Source of the DNA: Basidiobolus meristosporus CBS 931.73
Taxonomy: Eukaryota > Fungi > Basidiobolomycota
Assembly (NCBI GenBank): GCA_002104905.1
Contig: MCFE01000173.1
Location: 62,001-126,000, forward strand
Length of the DNA stretch: 64,000 nucleotides
Direction: 5' to 3'
Shown here piece by piece: positions 1 to 12,418 of the stretch. The first letter of the stretch is position 1. Each line of letters starts with the position of its first letter. A program made the position numbers and the translations under genes. A model generated the notes under the pieces. The model worked only from the letters and a program-made list of their open reading frames with translations, did no database searches and was not told the DNA's origin.

Positions 1-1636
1 TGATAAGCTAAACACACAACTAATTGATTTGACTAAAAACTGATCTAACCTAAACATTCAAGCAGTAGATCATAACAGAAACTCTCTGGCAAACTTGAGT
101 AGAGAGGTGATCCTGTAATACTTCTGTGAGAAACATCTTGGTACCTTTCCTTGGTGCCTTGCAGAACTGTGTCTTGCAAAGTTAACTAGTGTCAAACACA
201 CTTGATTTGACCAAGTGAAATCAGTCTTCCAGGAAGCAGCTCATAGATATGGCTGCCTTTTTGTGCTGAATTGTATTAGGTTCTCCAATTGATAGATGGT
301 TTGTGGTTAAATAGCCATGTGTTTCCAAGTATCAGGTAGAATTTGCAGTTTCCAAGTATGTAGGCCTGCTGGTCATCAGAGTGATTAATCTCCACTCTTA
401 CTGGCTGAGTGATATTTTTTATTATGAGAGAATTCTCATCAGCTGTTGAGATCTATTTTGATTTGATATGCTCTCAGTGAATTCCAAATTTCAAGGCAAC
501 TTGCTCTGACATATACTTGGGTGATGCTCTCAAGTCAATAAATAACCTGGCAAGTACTTCTTTGAATACTCTATTCAAGTGTAATATTTTCCCTGAGCTT
601 GAAGTAATGTGGGATAAGTATTCTTCTGTCATATGAAAGGTGAGTTCTGAGTCTTTTCAGGCTCATCCTCTCCATTGGTATGTATCAGGGCTTCAACTAA
701 GTTTCTTACTGACAAGTGTCCATCTCTTCTATGAAGGCAGTGCTTGAGATGTGCCAATACTGAAGGTAATTGAAATAAAGTTCTTTCTTCTTGTATTTTC
801 TCAAGGAGGAATTTGGCTATAGAGCATCTATTCCCATTGGGCCTGCTTCTGATTGTCTTCTTTAAAGCAATGTAGCCTTTTTGATCAGACACTCTAGGCT
901 TCTCAGCCCCAAATATAGCTGAGTCATAGACAATAACAATCTTGATGGCTGCTTAAATAGTCTAAGGTCTTCAATAGCTCACCACATTGCAGTTGTATCT
1001 TTCTGCCCCTCAATAAAGTATTTGACTTAACCCAGAGGGCTTGTTCTTTCAACTTGTTGAAGTAGTTATCTATACTTGTAGATGAATTCTTGAACCATTC
1101 CTTTCTCTCTGAATGACTTTAACTTCCTCCTTGGTGGCGTCTGCTGGTGTAGAGTCTCAAAAGCATCCTGTATTTCCGGAGCAAACTCATCCCTGGTAGA
1201 GAACATGGAGCATGCTGTCATAGTGGCTGACCTGATCTTGTTGTAGTACCACCATAAAGTTGCTTCTGCCAAGTAAGAAGCTCTATAATGCAAATTGCTT
1301 TCAGGGTCTGGTTAGCTATTATTGGACTCACTAAGACTCTGACTGATGATTATTGAGGTTCCAGCCACTTCTTATACATATTTGCTAGACCAATTGTTGT
1401 CTAAATATGTTTCCTAATGTGGATGTGGCTGATGACCCACTCAATTGCATCATCATTACCTATTAGGATCCTACTTGATACACCTACTACTGTTTGATAG
1501 GTATCAGATGAATCATCAGCTGACTGATATTGCTGATATGAAAGATAACCCTGATATAGTGATAGGCTAAATACAAAACTGACTGATTTGGCTTAAGTCC
1601 CACTGAGCTTGTACATTCCAGAGGCTGATTGCAATC
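1..1636 (-). mobile_element. Degenerate, internally deleted Ty3/Gypsy family A copy (3' LTR runs off the window start)
   Basis: 1-77 is the reverse complement of the family-A LTR start (TGTTATGATCT..). 78-1300 aligns with gag/protease-region sequence of the intact copies (ORFs 629-892, 1066-1293). ~1303-1636 is a diverged 5' LTR remnant; PBS and gag start are deleted. Confidence 0.8.
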
Positions 1637-1639
1637 CTT

Positions 1640-2070
1640 AATATTATCATGCAGGGCACAGTTGTTGGGGTTGATCAACCTGCAACTCATCCATAACCAG
1701 TATTCAGATCAAAAACTCCATATGCTACACTCAAGGGGCTTTGGTGAGCAACAATATTTTATAAATTTACATGACTCAGTTTGTGCATGGTGACAAGTGT
1801 GGACAGGTGCCTTTATACAGGCATCAAATGTCCATCAAGACAGTCTTGGTATTCTAGTGACTAACAATTGGTCAATTATGACACTTGTGGCAAAACTTGG
1901 TCTGTGAACCTTGTTGTCTTTCATATGCTGCCTATGTGCTTCATGCCCCAGAGGCTTGTTATAATTGCCACATGTTTGAAACATTGTACCTATATGATTG
2001 TAAAATTCAATGATGAACCGCCACAGTAAGTACACTTAAGTATATGTCCTAAAGTATATCTAACATGAAG
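1640..2070 (-). pseudogene. CACTA transposase N-terminal fragment
   Basis: ORF 1835-2035 (KPLGHEAHRQH..FATSVIIDQLLVTRIPRLS) matches the N-terminus of ORF 40249-41046 (KPLSHEACRQH..FATKVIFDHSLVTTVPTLS). Confidence 0.75.
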
Positions 2071-2438
2071 TGTTATGATCTGCTGCTTGAATGTTTAAGT
2101 TAGATCAGTTTTTTGTCAAATCAATTAGTTATTGTTTAGGTTATCAGTATGTCAGTATTATCTATCAAATCAGTAACATTAGTCAGCAAATGAATCAGCA
2201 GATCCTATTCAGACAGAAATAGATATATTATGTAGGATCTTATTGGGTGATGATGATGCAATTAAATGAGTTATCAGCCACAGCCTACATTAGGAAATAC
2301 AATTAGTCAGCAATTGATCTGGCAAAATGTATATAAGGAGCTGCTGGAATCTCAATAAAGTTCAGTTCAAGTCTTGGTGAATACAATACCAGCTAAACTC
2401 TGTAATCCTCTACAACTCTTATACCAAGACTTGTAACA
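2071..2438 (+). repeat. 5' LTR of A1 (368 bp)
   Basis: TGTTATGATC..CTTGTAACA; TATA-like GTATATAAG at ~2329 and AATAAA at ~2354. Confidence 0.95.
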
Positions 2439-5400
2439 TTAGTAGCAGCAATAACCAGAAACCTCCCTCCTGAAGAAAGAAGAAACCTCCCTCAAGATGT
2501 TGGACAGTCAAAAATGGAAGAATGCCATGCAGCAAATCCTGGCCAACAGCAACAGTTACTCCTGATCCTCAGCCAACAGCAACAAGGAATGATACCCATG
2601 GCTCAGAGCCAGCAAAGCCCTGTCAAGAGCAACTTTAGTGTCAAGGTCAACCGGTACCATGGCAGAGTCAATGAATACCTGGGAACTTGGCTCTTTCAGA
2701 TTGAAGAAGCTTTTGAAGCTAAAGGAATTGCTCCAGAAAGCAAGTTGCATTATGCAGCTTCTTACCTGGCAGATGCAGCTTTACAGTGGTACCACAACAA
2801 GATCAGGTCAGCCACTATGATGTGATGCTCTACAATCTCTACCTGGGATGAGTTTGTGCCAGAAATTCAGGGTGCCTTTGAGCCCCTATGCTAACAGACA
2901 CTACTAAGAAGAAAGTTGAAGACACTAAGACAAAAAGGAATGGTCCAAGAGTACATCTATGAATATAGATGTCTACTTGGGCAAATTGAAAGAATGGACC
3001 CTGCACATCAAGTTGAATACTTTCTTGATGGGTTAAAGAAAGAACTTGTAAGGAAGTGAATTATCAAGGACCTCAGACTATCAAAGAAGCCATCAAGATT
3101 GCCATTGACTATGACTCAGCTATGTTTGGAGTTGAGAAGCCAACAATTACTAATCAGAGAGGCTACAATCACTATGAAAGAAGACAATCAGAAGCAGTGC
3201 CAATGGAAATAGATGCATTGCAGAAATATTCTACCTCAGAAGAATGTAAGAAGAAAGGATTTTGCTTTAAATTGCCACCAGCAGGGACATATTGTGAGGT
3301 ACTACCCTGAGAGAGGAAATGGACACCAGCCATCAAGAACCTTTAACCATATTGAGGCCATGGAGCATAGTAACATGGTGGATGAACTTGAAGACAACTC
3401 AGAACTCACCTTCTACATGACAGAAGAATACCTATCCCAGATGACGTCAAACTCAGAAAAGCTTTTATACTTGAATGGAGTAATTGTTGGAGTACCTGAC
3501 AAGATCATGTTTGACTCAGGAGCATTGCATGAGTACATGTTAGAGCAATTTGCTCTGAAAGCTGGAATCAACTTGGAACCTACCTAATCAACTCCAGTCT
3601 CAACAGCTGATGGCAACTCTCACATAATGAACCGCATTACTCAGCCAGTAAGGATGAAGATCAATGACTATGAAGAAGATCTACAGGCTTATACATTTGG
3701 GAACTGCAAGTTTGACCTTGTACTTGGGAAAACCTGGCTATTTTGTTGTAATCCATCAATCAACTGGAGAACCCATGCTACTCAGATCCAAAAGGACAAC
3801 AAGACCTATGAGCTATTACCAGCCAGGATGCATTTCAACTTGGTCAATTCCAGTACGTGTGAGACAAGTGAACTTAGCAAGACCCAGTTCTGTAGAGCAC
3901 TTAGAAAAGGTACTCAGATGCTCCTCATGGCAGTATTACAGGAGGATTCCGCTACCCCAGCACCCCAGCAGGTCCAGACTCTCTTGAAGAAATATTCAGA
4001 CATGTTCCCAGATGAGCTTGTAAGTCTACCACCAGTTAGAGACGTGGATAATGCCATTGAAACAGGAGATAGCCCTCCAGTGAGTGAGACACCTTACAGA
4101 AAGAGTCCATTGGAGTTGGAAGAGATGAAGAGACAAATAGATCAATTCCTGGAGCAAGGATATATCAGACCCAGTAAGTCATCATGGGGAGTGCCAGTAC
4201 TTTTTGTGAAGAAGAAGGATGGAACACTTAGGATATGCATTGACTACAGAGCCCTCAACTCAGTTGCTGTGAAGCATAAGTACCCCATACCTTGGATTGA
4301 TGAGCTCTTGGACCAACTCAATGGAGCCACTATTTTCAGCAAGATTGACCTCATGTCAGGAGCCAATGAGACCAGGGTGAAGCCAGAAGACATCCCTAAT
4401 ACAGCATTCAGGACCAGATATGGACATTACAAGTACTTAGTGATGAGTTCTGGCCTCACCAATGCCCCTGCAACATTCATGACCCGGATGCAGACTGTCT
4501 TCCAGGAGTATGTAGACAAGTTTGTCATAATCTACCTAGATGATATACTGATATACAACAAGACAAAAGAGGATCCCTTAGTGCATATTGAAAAGGTCTT
4601 GAAGAAGCTAAGAGAGAACAAGCTTTATGGCAAGCTAGCCAAGTGTGAATTCTTCAAGGAACATGTTGAATATCTGGGACAAATAGTGACTAGCACAGGA
4701 GTAACCTTAGACCCTAAGAAGGTTGAAGTCATCAAGAACCTGAAGCAGCCCCATAGCATATCAGAACTCAGATCATTCCATGGAATGGTTTCCTATTATT
4801 GGAGATTTGTCAGGTCCTTTGTAAGTATTGCAGCCCCTTTAACTGAAATCCTCAAGAAAGACAACACCTATAAGTGGGACATAGCTTGTGAGACTGCCTT
4901 TCAGACGCTCAAGAATGAACTTGCTAAACTACCAAACTTAAGAATACCTGACTTCAGAAAAGAGTTTACTCTGTGCACAGATGCTTCAGATTATGCAATT
5001 GGTGAAGTGCTGAGCCAAGAACACAAGGGAAAGGACTACCCTGTTGCCTTTGAATCCCAGAAACTGAACTCAGCAGAATAAAACTATCCAGTCCATGAGA
5101 AGGAGATGCTTGATATAATGCACTGTTTGAAGACATGGAGATGCTATATTGAAGGAGTCAAATGCACTGTAAACACTGATCATGCCTCCCTCAAGTATAT
5201 ATTTACTCAGAAGGTACTCTCTAGAAGAATGACAAGATGAAGTGAATACATTCAGCAATTTGACTTGGAGATGGTCAACTGCCCTGGAAAAAACAATACG
5301 GTTGCTGATGCCTTATCAAGATTAGATCAAGTTGCACAACTCAACTTGGTGCATGTACCAGATTGGCCTAGCCTATTACCAAAGTACTTGGAGGACCAAG

Positions 5401-6638
5401 CCATTCCTAATGAGGTGGATGAAGATATCAAGAACATAATCTGGGATGAAGCCAGCAAATTTGTAGTACGGGATAAATCACTCTACTGAGTTGTTGATGG
5501 ATGCCCTACTGCTTATAACCCTTATGTTTCTTGCTTGGATTTAATACATAAACTACATAATGGGTATGGACATCTTGGAATTGAAGGAACCTATAGTCTT
5601 GTCAAACCCAGAGCATGGTGGCCCAGAAGGAAACAAGACATTGAGAAGCTAGTGAAACATGCCCAAATTGCCAGATCAACCAAGGCCAACCACAGAGAAT
5701 TTCCTAACTCTTTCCCTTGGAGCCTGTAAGATCATTTGACAGATGGGGAATTGAGTTTATTGGAAGACTGCCAACTACCAGAAAATGCAACCATTGGATC
5801 CTAGTAGCAATTGAACATGCTACAAAATGGCCAGTGGCTAAAGCTGTACCTATAGCCAGTGAGCAAGAAGTTGCAAGTTTTGTCTACCATGAGATCCTTA
5901 TGAAGTTTGGATGCCCTGTAGAGATTCTATCTGATAGAGGTGCAAACTTTATGGCAAAGATATTGGAGGCTTACCTGGAAATGCAGCAGATCCAACACTT
6001 GAAAACCTAGGCATATCACCCCAGAACTAATGGAGTCACTGAGCAGTTTAATGAATTATTTGGAAAAATGCTGACCAAGTATGCAAATGGAGTTGTCAGT
6101 AGATGGGATGAGTATATAGACCAAGCACTCTTTGCATGCAGAGTCAGAGCACACAACACCACCCAGCAATCACCATTTTACTTACTGTATGGATGTGTAC
6201 CAAGGATTCCAGGATATCTCACACAACCAAAGCTTACAGACACCTTAGAAGATGAACTCAGTCAGCCAAGTAGACACCAGCAACTGGAACAAAGACGTCA
6301 AGAGGCACAGACCAAAGTATCTCAATGTGCAGAAAAGATGAAGCAGAGATTTGATAAGACTATAGCACCAGATGCATTGACAGTTGGGAACTTTGTATTG
6401 CTAAGAAACAATACTTGGAAGAAGTTTGAGCCATAATGGACAGGACCATTCAAGATCATCAGAGAATGGCCATTTGCAACTTACCAACTGGTGGACAAAC
6501 AAGGCAATATCCGGGAAGACTTAGTGCATAGGGACAGACTCAAGCTTGCAAGACCTGCCGATAATACTGAACCATCAATGTATTGGTATCACAAGAAAAG
6601 AGATTCAGGAGGACCCTCTCAACTTTAGCAGGGGAGAA

Positions 6639-7013
6639 TGTTATGATCTGCCGCTTGAATGTTCAAGTTAGATCAGTTTTTAGTCAAATCAGTTAGTTAT
6701 TTGTTTAGGTTATCAGTATATCAGTATTATCTATCAAATTGGTAACATTAGTCAGCAAATGAATCAGCAGATGCTTATCATAGAGAAATAAATATATTAA
6801 GTAGAATCTTATTGGGTGATGATGATGCAATTAAATGAGTCATCAGCCACAGCCTACATTAGGAAATACAATTAGTCAGTAAATGATCTGGCAAAATGTA
6901 TGTATATATAAGAAGCTGCTGGAACCTCAATAAAAATCAGTTCAAGTTTTAGTGAATACAATACCAGCTAAACTCCCTATTCCACTACAACTCATATACA
7001 AAGACTTGTAACA
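6639..7013 (+). repeat. 3' LTR of A1 (375 bp)
   Basis: Direct repeat of 2071-2438, immediately preceded by the PPT. Confidence 0.95.
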
Positions 7014-7588
7014 AGTCCATCCAAGCAGAGCTGAGCTCCTCAAGCAAGTGGCAACAAAATAGCATGTAACTGCAAGGGTACAGGTACAGGAATAACTTGT
7101 GGCAATTTAAGAAGTGATTTGGATAAAAGGAACTTATCAAGAAATAGTGAAAACAGTTGAACTGTCGCTTATTAATAAAGAAGCTAATATTTATACGTTT
7201 GTAGAAGTAATGCAGCTGTAACACTAAGTAAAGAGGGCTTCTCAATATTCAGGAGCATTCTGTAACGGTTTTGGGGTTAGTACATAATGTTGAGTAATAG
7301 TGCTAACTGACTATATGGGAATAATCAAATAATCATAGATCTGAAGAAAGTGGCAAAGCTAGAGCTGTAAATTATTCCCACAGTGACCAAGACTAGTCCA
7401 GAATTGTTTAGTAAATTTCTAGCTGCTGAATGATTCCAAATACTCCAATATTTCAACATAACTGACAAGAACCAATGCACCAGCACAGCAGTAATCAGGG
7501 AAAAAACATAGTACATCTCAAAAAGCACTCAGTCTGAAGAGTAGAAAGGAGCTGGTGATGTCAAAAACCAGCAGCAACCTCAGCCACC
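7014..7588 (+). pseudogene. Remnant of the CACTA second gene (ORF2), split by solo LTR F1
   Basis: 7464-7560 (..AATGCACCAGCACAGCAGTAATCAGGGAAAAAAC..) aligns with 25660-25740 and 33255-33330. Confidence 0.55.
7098..7458. mobile_element. Solo LTR family F, copy F1 (361 bp)
   Basis: TGTGGCA..TTTCAACA flanked by a perfect 5-bp TSD, TAACT (7093-7097 / 7459-7463); inverted homologue at 11500-11864. Confidence 0.85.
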
Positions 7589-7945
7589 TGTGGAAATACT
7601 GCGTATGTATTTGAAATAAGTTGGATAGCAGGAAAATCTGGGTGGTCTCCACTGACTGATACATTGAGTAGCAATGCAGTTATTATACTTATTGCAGCAC
7701 TCTATAAGTGTAATTGTCTGGTGAGTACTAGCAGAGTTGCAGAAGTATATTGGCTAATCATTGCCTCATGTTGACAAGCCTCAGATTTCCCTAAAACTTA
7801 GTATCTCATTAATTCTAGATCACTCACATATATCTTGCAAACTAATATCTGAGTTTTTAATTTGTGATATATCACTCAACCAAGTGCTAGCCTATTCTGT
7901 ATTAGTAATAAGGTGTACTTGTAATGATTTTGATTTCTAACTCTC
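7589..7945. mobile_element. Highly degenerate solo LTR related to 12070-12418
   Basis: Colinear similarity, e.g. ATTGAGTAGCAATGCAGTTATTATACTT vs ATTGAGTTGCAACACAGAATTTATACTT. Ends are approximate. Confidence 0.5.
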
Positions 7946-8139
7946 CTAATACTTTCATACAGTTTAGACTTACCATGGAGATGTGTATATTATGGTTGGA
8001 ATTAAAACTGCAGTCGGCCAATTAAAAAATGGACTAAGATCCTCTTCACTATATACTAAGGATTGCACAACTCTGCAGTAACTATGTACAGACCATTACT
8101 ATTAATTAGATACTTAAGGGTGCTACCAAGGTATAAGCT

Positions 8140-8890
8140 GGCAAATATAAATGTACCAGCACAGCATTAATCAAAGGGTGCCAAATTGACCCATCTGTGA
8201 CAAGTTATATAGTAGTACACCCAACAGGCTAGACAGACATACACTTGGCCACAGAGAGTGAACCTTTGTTATAAACCTTCATGAAAAACAGTGCCAAGGC
8301 TTCACTCCCACTGCTGTAGAAAATTAGTGTTATGACCTTTTTATTGTGATCATTACTGTTCATGATGTGAAAGAGCACAGAAGGATTGAAGTCATGCATT
8401 CAATACTCAACACCTATGGCATTCTGAATCTAGCCCCAGAGATCTCTAGTATGTCACTTAATGGCATGTCACTATTGTGGTCCACAGGAATTATCTGTCA
8501 CAAAAAGTTTGTATATAGGTCTTAGTTTAGGGCAAATATCTAATTATAGTGCCAAATGGTACCAGTGGACCAAGAGAGTACCATGCATCTTTGTGACATG
8601 TTACTAACCTCTGGAGCTACATTTGGAGTGCCGTGGGTATCAAGCACCAATTGCATTTCTTCAGTCCTTCTGTGCTTTTATACATTGTGAGCAATAGCAA
8701 TCCCAATAAAATGGTCAAAAAAGGATTTTCTCCAGCACAGTGAGTGATACTCAGAAGAAGCTTTGTGTGCTTGTGTTGAACTATGTTTCACACTTTTTTA
8801 CCAAGTACAGCTTTCCTATGCCTCTCTGGCATGCTATGGCACTATTTGGCACTCATGGCTCAATGTGGCACCATCCAGCAGATAAAGCCG
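8140..8890. mobile_element. Foldback (long palindrome) element, copy 1, diverged
   Basis: Arms at ~8140-8500 and ~8548-8890 are imperfect inverted repeats. Both the arms and the ~45-bp spacer are homologous to 38194-38925. Confidence 0.75.
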
Positions 8891-9029
8891 TTTGTTCTCA
8901 GGAAGTACACCTACATATGTCTAGATTAGCAGCAATAACTGCCACAGAGTATCTCTAGACTACAAAGGATATTGTTGTTATAGACAATCATATGGATTAA
9001 TGGACATTGGCTAATATTCTGGTGGCATT

Positions 9030-9900
9030 ACTATCTCATTAGCTCTCTGGATGCTGTGTATATTGTTCTCCATAGAGATGCTACTTTAAACACTCTGCAG
9101 ATTTGATGAAAGTAATGTTGACCTAAACAAGTTGCTAAGTAACTAATTAGCTCATTTCTGATAACAAACTTGTTCCAGCTTCCTAGCACACAAATCTCAG
9201 TTAGTTTCATAGGTTCCACCATTGTTAAAAATCTTGGGTCTAATAATATTGTGTTGTACTTGCTATTACTGTCATCTCTTATTCCCACACTAATTTTTGC
9301 TTATCTTTACTCAATGTCAAGCAGCTGAGTACAGAAAAAGCATATCTCAATCCCTCAGTAGTTGCTTTACCCAACTTATTGTTAGCTTATGGATATCCCA
9401 GCCACACAGTGTAAATTCATAAGTTTTGATGTCTTGACTCTACATGCAATAGCTTTGATGGCAGAGTTGTCTACAAGCTTTACCATTGTAGGAGTAGTAA
9501 TCTGACTGTTGAAACACTGATGTTTATTAGATATATGTTGCAATGTTTCAAGGTTGGCAGCTTGCCCATTACTATGCCAAGCTAAACTCTGGTATATAGT
9601 TGCATATAGCAGTTCTTTTATATTCAGATTGCTGGCCTGTATTAATTTTTGTTGTTTGCCTACTTGTTTCTTCTAACTTTATCTTGGCAAGCTTCCTGGT
9701 CTCTTATAGCTGTGACAGCACCATATGTATGTTGGGTCCATTGCTTTCTGTTTGCTTCTCTTTGCCTTTCTATTACAAATAAAGCTCATGTTTGATTTTA
9801 TCTACTTAATCATTTTATCTGAGTTCTTTGCAATGGGTATTTATTGAGCCCAGTCCAAAAATAAATTGTCTACTCTCCCTTGAAATGAAAGCATGCTCTG
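9030..9900 (-). pseudogene. Possible C-terminal remnant of a second CACTA-like transposase
   Basis: Only loose resemblance to the YY..C..H..W.YP.ER region of EnSpm transposases, across frameshifts; no intact motif. Confidence 0.3.
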
Positions 9901-11499
9901 TTCATAAACATCGGGTGTGCTGCATAGTAGAAAGTATCTATATTTCATTGACTTAATCAACCATAATACTAATACAATTCTCTGCTAGTGTCTCTATTCT
10001 GTTAATATGATGTGGCTCATTGTGCTCATGTTACAAGTGTGAAATTAAGATATGTAGAGGCATAGGGAATTTGGCCAATGCTCTATTTCCCAGAACTTGA
10101 GCCAATCCTTATTGAAGTCTCAGCAGCTTCTTTTCTATATTGTGTCAGATCAATTGCTGAATGATTACATATCATAAGGCAAGTTGTGGCTGATGACTTA
10201 CTCAATTGCATCATTGACACCATTTAGATCCTACCTCATGTATCTATTTCTGTCTGAGAAGGAGCTGCTGATCAATATCGCAAATTCAATGTGAAATACT
10301 GCTATACTTGTGCACCAAGTGTTCCTCTTTTATCTTGTGGTATATCAATATGCTGTCTAGGAAGATTACCACAAACCTCTCTAAGTACCTCTGGAGGACT
10401 ATTTGCATCAAGGTCATGAATGTTGCAGGTGCATTGGTAAGGCAAAAGCTCAAGACTAAGTACTTGTAATGCTCATATCTGGTCCTGAATGCTGCCTGAG
10501 GAACATCATCTGGCTTCACCTTAATTGGGTTGTATCCTGACATGAGGTCAATCATGCTCAATATAGTGGCTCCACTGAAATTGACCAAGTTAAAGTCCAG
10601 TCTGGCAGGTTGTACATCATAGGTCTTGGTGTCCTGTTGAATCTGAAGAGCATTAGTGCTCAGTTCATTGGTGGATTTCAACAAAATGGCCAGGTCAAAA
10701 CTGCAGTTCCCAAATATATAGGCCTGTAGGCCATCTTTGTGGTCATTAAACTTCATTCTTACAGGCTAAGTAATATGGTTGATTATGTGAGAGTTCCCAT
10801 CAGCTGCTTTGACAGATGAGGGATTGGTGGGTTCTGAGTTAATTCCAGCTTTCAGGGCATATTGCTCTGATATGTACTCAAGTGATACTTTTGAGTTAAT
10901 CATGGTCTTGGCAGATATTCCATTAATAATCCATTCTGGCATAATAGCTTTCCTGAGTTTGAGGTTCTTTGGGAGGAGTATTATTCTGTTATATAAAAGG
11001 TGGGTTTGGAGTCTTCATCTGATTCATACTCCATGTTACTATACTCAAGGGCTTCAATATGATTAAAGGTTCTGGTTGACTGGTGTCCATTCCCTCTCTC
11101 AGGGTAGTACCTCACAATATGTCCCTGCTGGTGGCAATTTAAAGCAAAATCCTTTCTTTTGACATTCTTTTTTGATGGGATACTTCTGCACAGCATCTAT
11201 TTCCATTTGCACTGCTTCAGATTGTCTTCTTTCATAGTGACTATAGCCTCTCTGTTTAGTCAACGTGGGCTTCCCAACTTCAAACACAACTGTACCATAG
11301 CTATTGGCATTCTTGTTGGATTCTTCAATAGTCTGAGGCCATTGATAATTCACTTCCATGCAAGTACTTTCTTTCAAGCCATGCAGAAGGTATTCCACTT
11401 GATCCAGGGGGTCCATTCTTTCAATTTGTTCAATTAAACATCTATATTTATAAATGTACTGTTGAACCAATCCTCTCTGTCTGAGTGTCATCAATTTAC

Positions 11500-11864
11500 T
11501 GTTGAAATAATGAACTATTTGGTAACATTCAGCAGCTAAAAACTTACTTAGCAACTCTAGACTAGTCTTGGTCACTGTAGGACTTATTTGCAGCCCCAAG
11601 TTTGCCAGTTTCTTTGTATCTATCAGCCTATGATTATTCCCCTAAAGCAAAGATCAAAATAACACTTTTTACCAAACATTAAGTACTAGCCCTGAAACTG
11701 TCACAGAGTGCTCCTGAATGTAAAGAAACCCTCCTTAATTGGTGTTACAGCTGTGCTACTTCTACAAAGGTACAAATACTGAACCTCTTTATGAATAAGC
11801 AACAGTTCAACTATTATTGCTCTATCTTGATAAGTTCCTTGATTCCAAATCACCTCTTGCAACA
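11500..11864. mobile_element. Solo LTR family F, copy F2 (365 bp)
   Basis: TGTTGAAA..GCAACA; inverted homologue of 7098-7458; interrupts gag with a diverged 5-bp duplication (TTTAC/CATAC). Confidence 0.8.
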
Positions 11865-12069
11865 CATACTTCTTTGTGGTGTTTGCTGGTGGAGGGGGGT
11901 TCAGAAGCATCCGGAAATTCCAACACTAACTCATCCCTGCAGATATTGTGCAGCATCCCATCATGGTGGTTGACCTGATCTTCTTGTGCCACCACAATAA
12001 GGCTGCATCTGCTAAGAAAGAAGCAGCATAATGCAGCTTACTTTTGGGAGCAATTCCCTTTGCCTTAAT

Positions 12070-12418
12070 TGTTGAAGAATTAGCGAGATATATTAGAAGT
12101 AAAATGGGGAACTAGAAGATTTACATGATATTCACTTGTTGATTTATTGAGTTGCAACACAGAATTTATACTTTTTGCAAAACTAGGTAAGTGTAGCTAT
12201 TATGCAATATTAGGGGAGTCTCAGGAGTTCATGTGCCAAGTTTCAGCTCATTTGATCTAGTTTCAAATTTTCCTAAAATTGTGTACTTCACTGACCTCTA
12301 ATAACTTGCAAATATCTGAAAGACTAATATCTAGGTTAATTTTCTGAAGTATGTCCTATCAACTTAGTACTGGTTCATAATATACTAATAATTAGGTTGT
12401 CTCCAAATTATTTCAACA
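12070..12418 (-). mobile_element. Solo copia-type LTR (subfamily B3)
   Basis: TGTTGAA..TTCAACA interrupting Ty3 gag, with a degenerate 5-bp duplication (TTAAT/TAAAA); shares AGAAGATTTACATG..GATTTATTGA with the LTR at 48510 (and GATTTACATG..GATTTATTGA with 45211). Confidence 0.75.

Larger units (their letters stand above)
2071..7013 (+). mobile_element. Ty3/Gypsy LTR retrotransposon family A, copy A1 (full length, inactivated)
   Basis: TG..CA LTRs at 2071-2438 and 6639-7013; PBS-like TTAGTAGCAGCA at 2439-2450; PPT AGCAGGGGAGAA at 6627-6638. Gag, protease (MFDSGA), RT (YLDDILI), RNase H and integrase fragments with many stops and frameshifts. No matching TSD. Confidence 0.95.

Noticed and set aside
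2066-7018. TSD for Ty3 A1 and for copia 28610-32615
   Set aside because: Flanks do not match (TGAAG/AGTCC; ACTGA/AGGTT), probably because of adjacent deletion or inter-element recombination.
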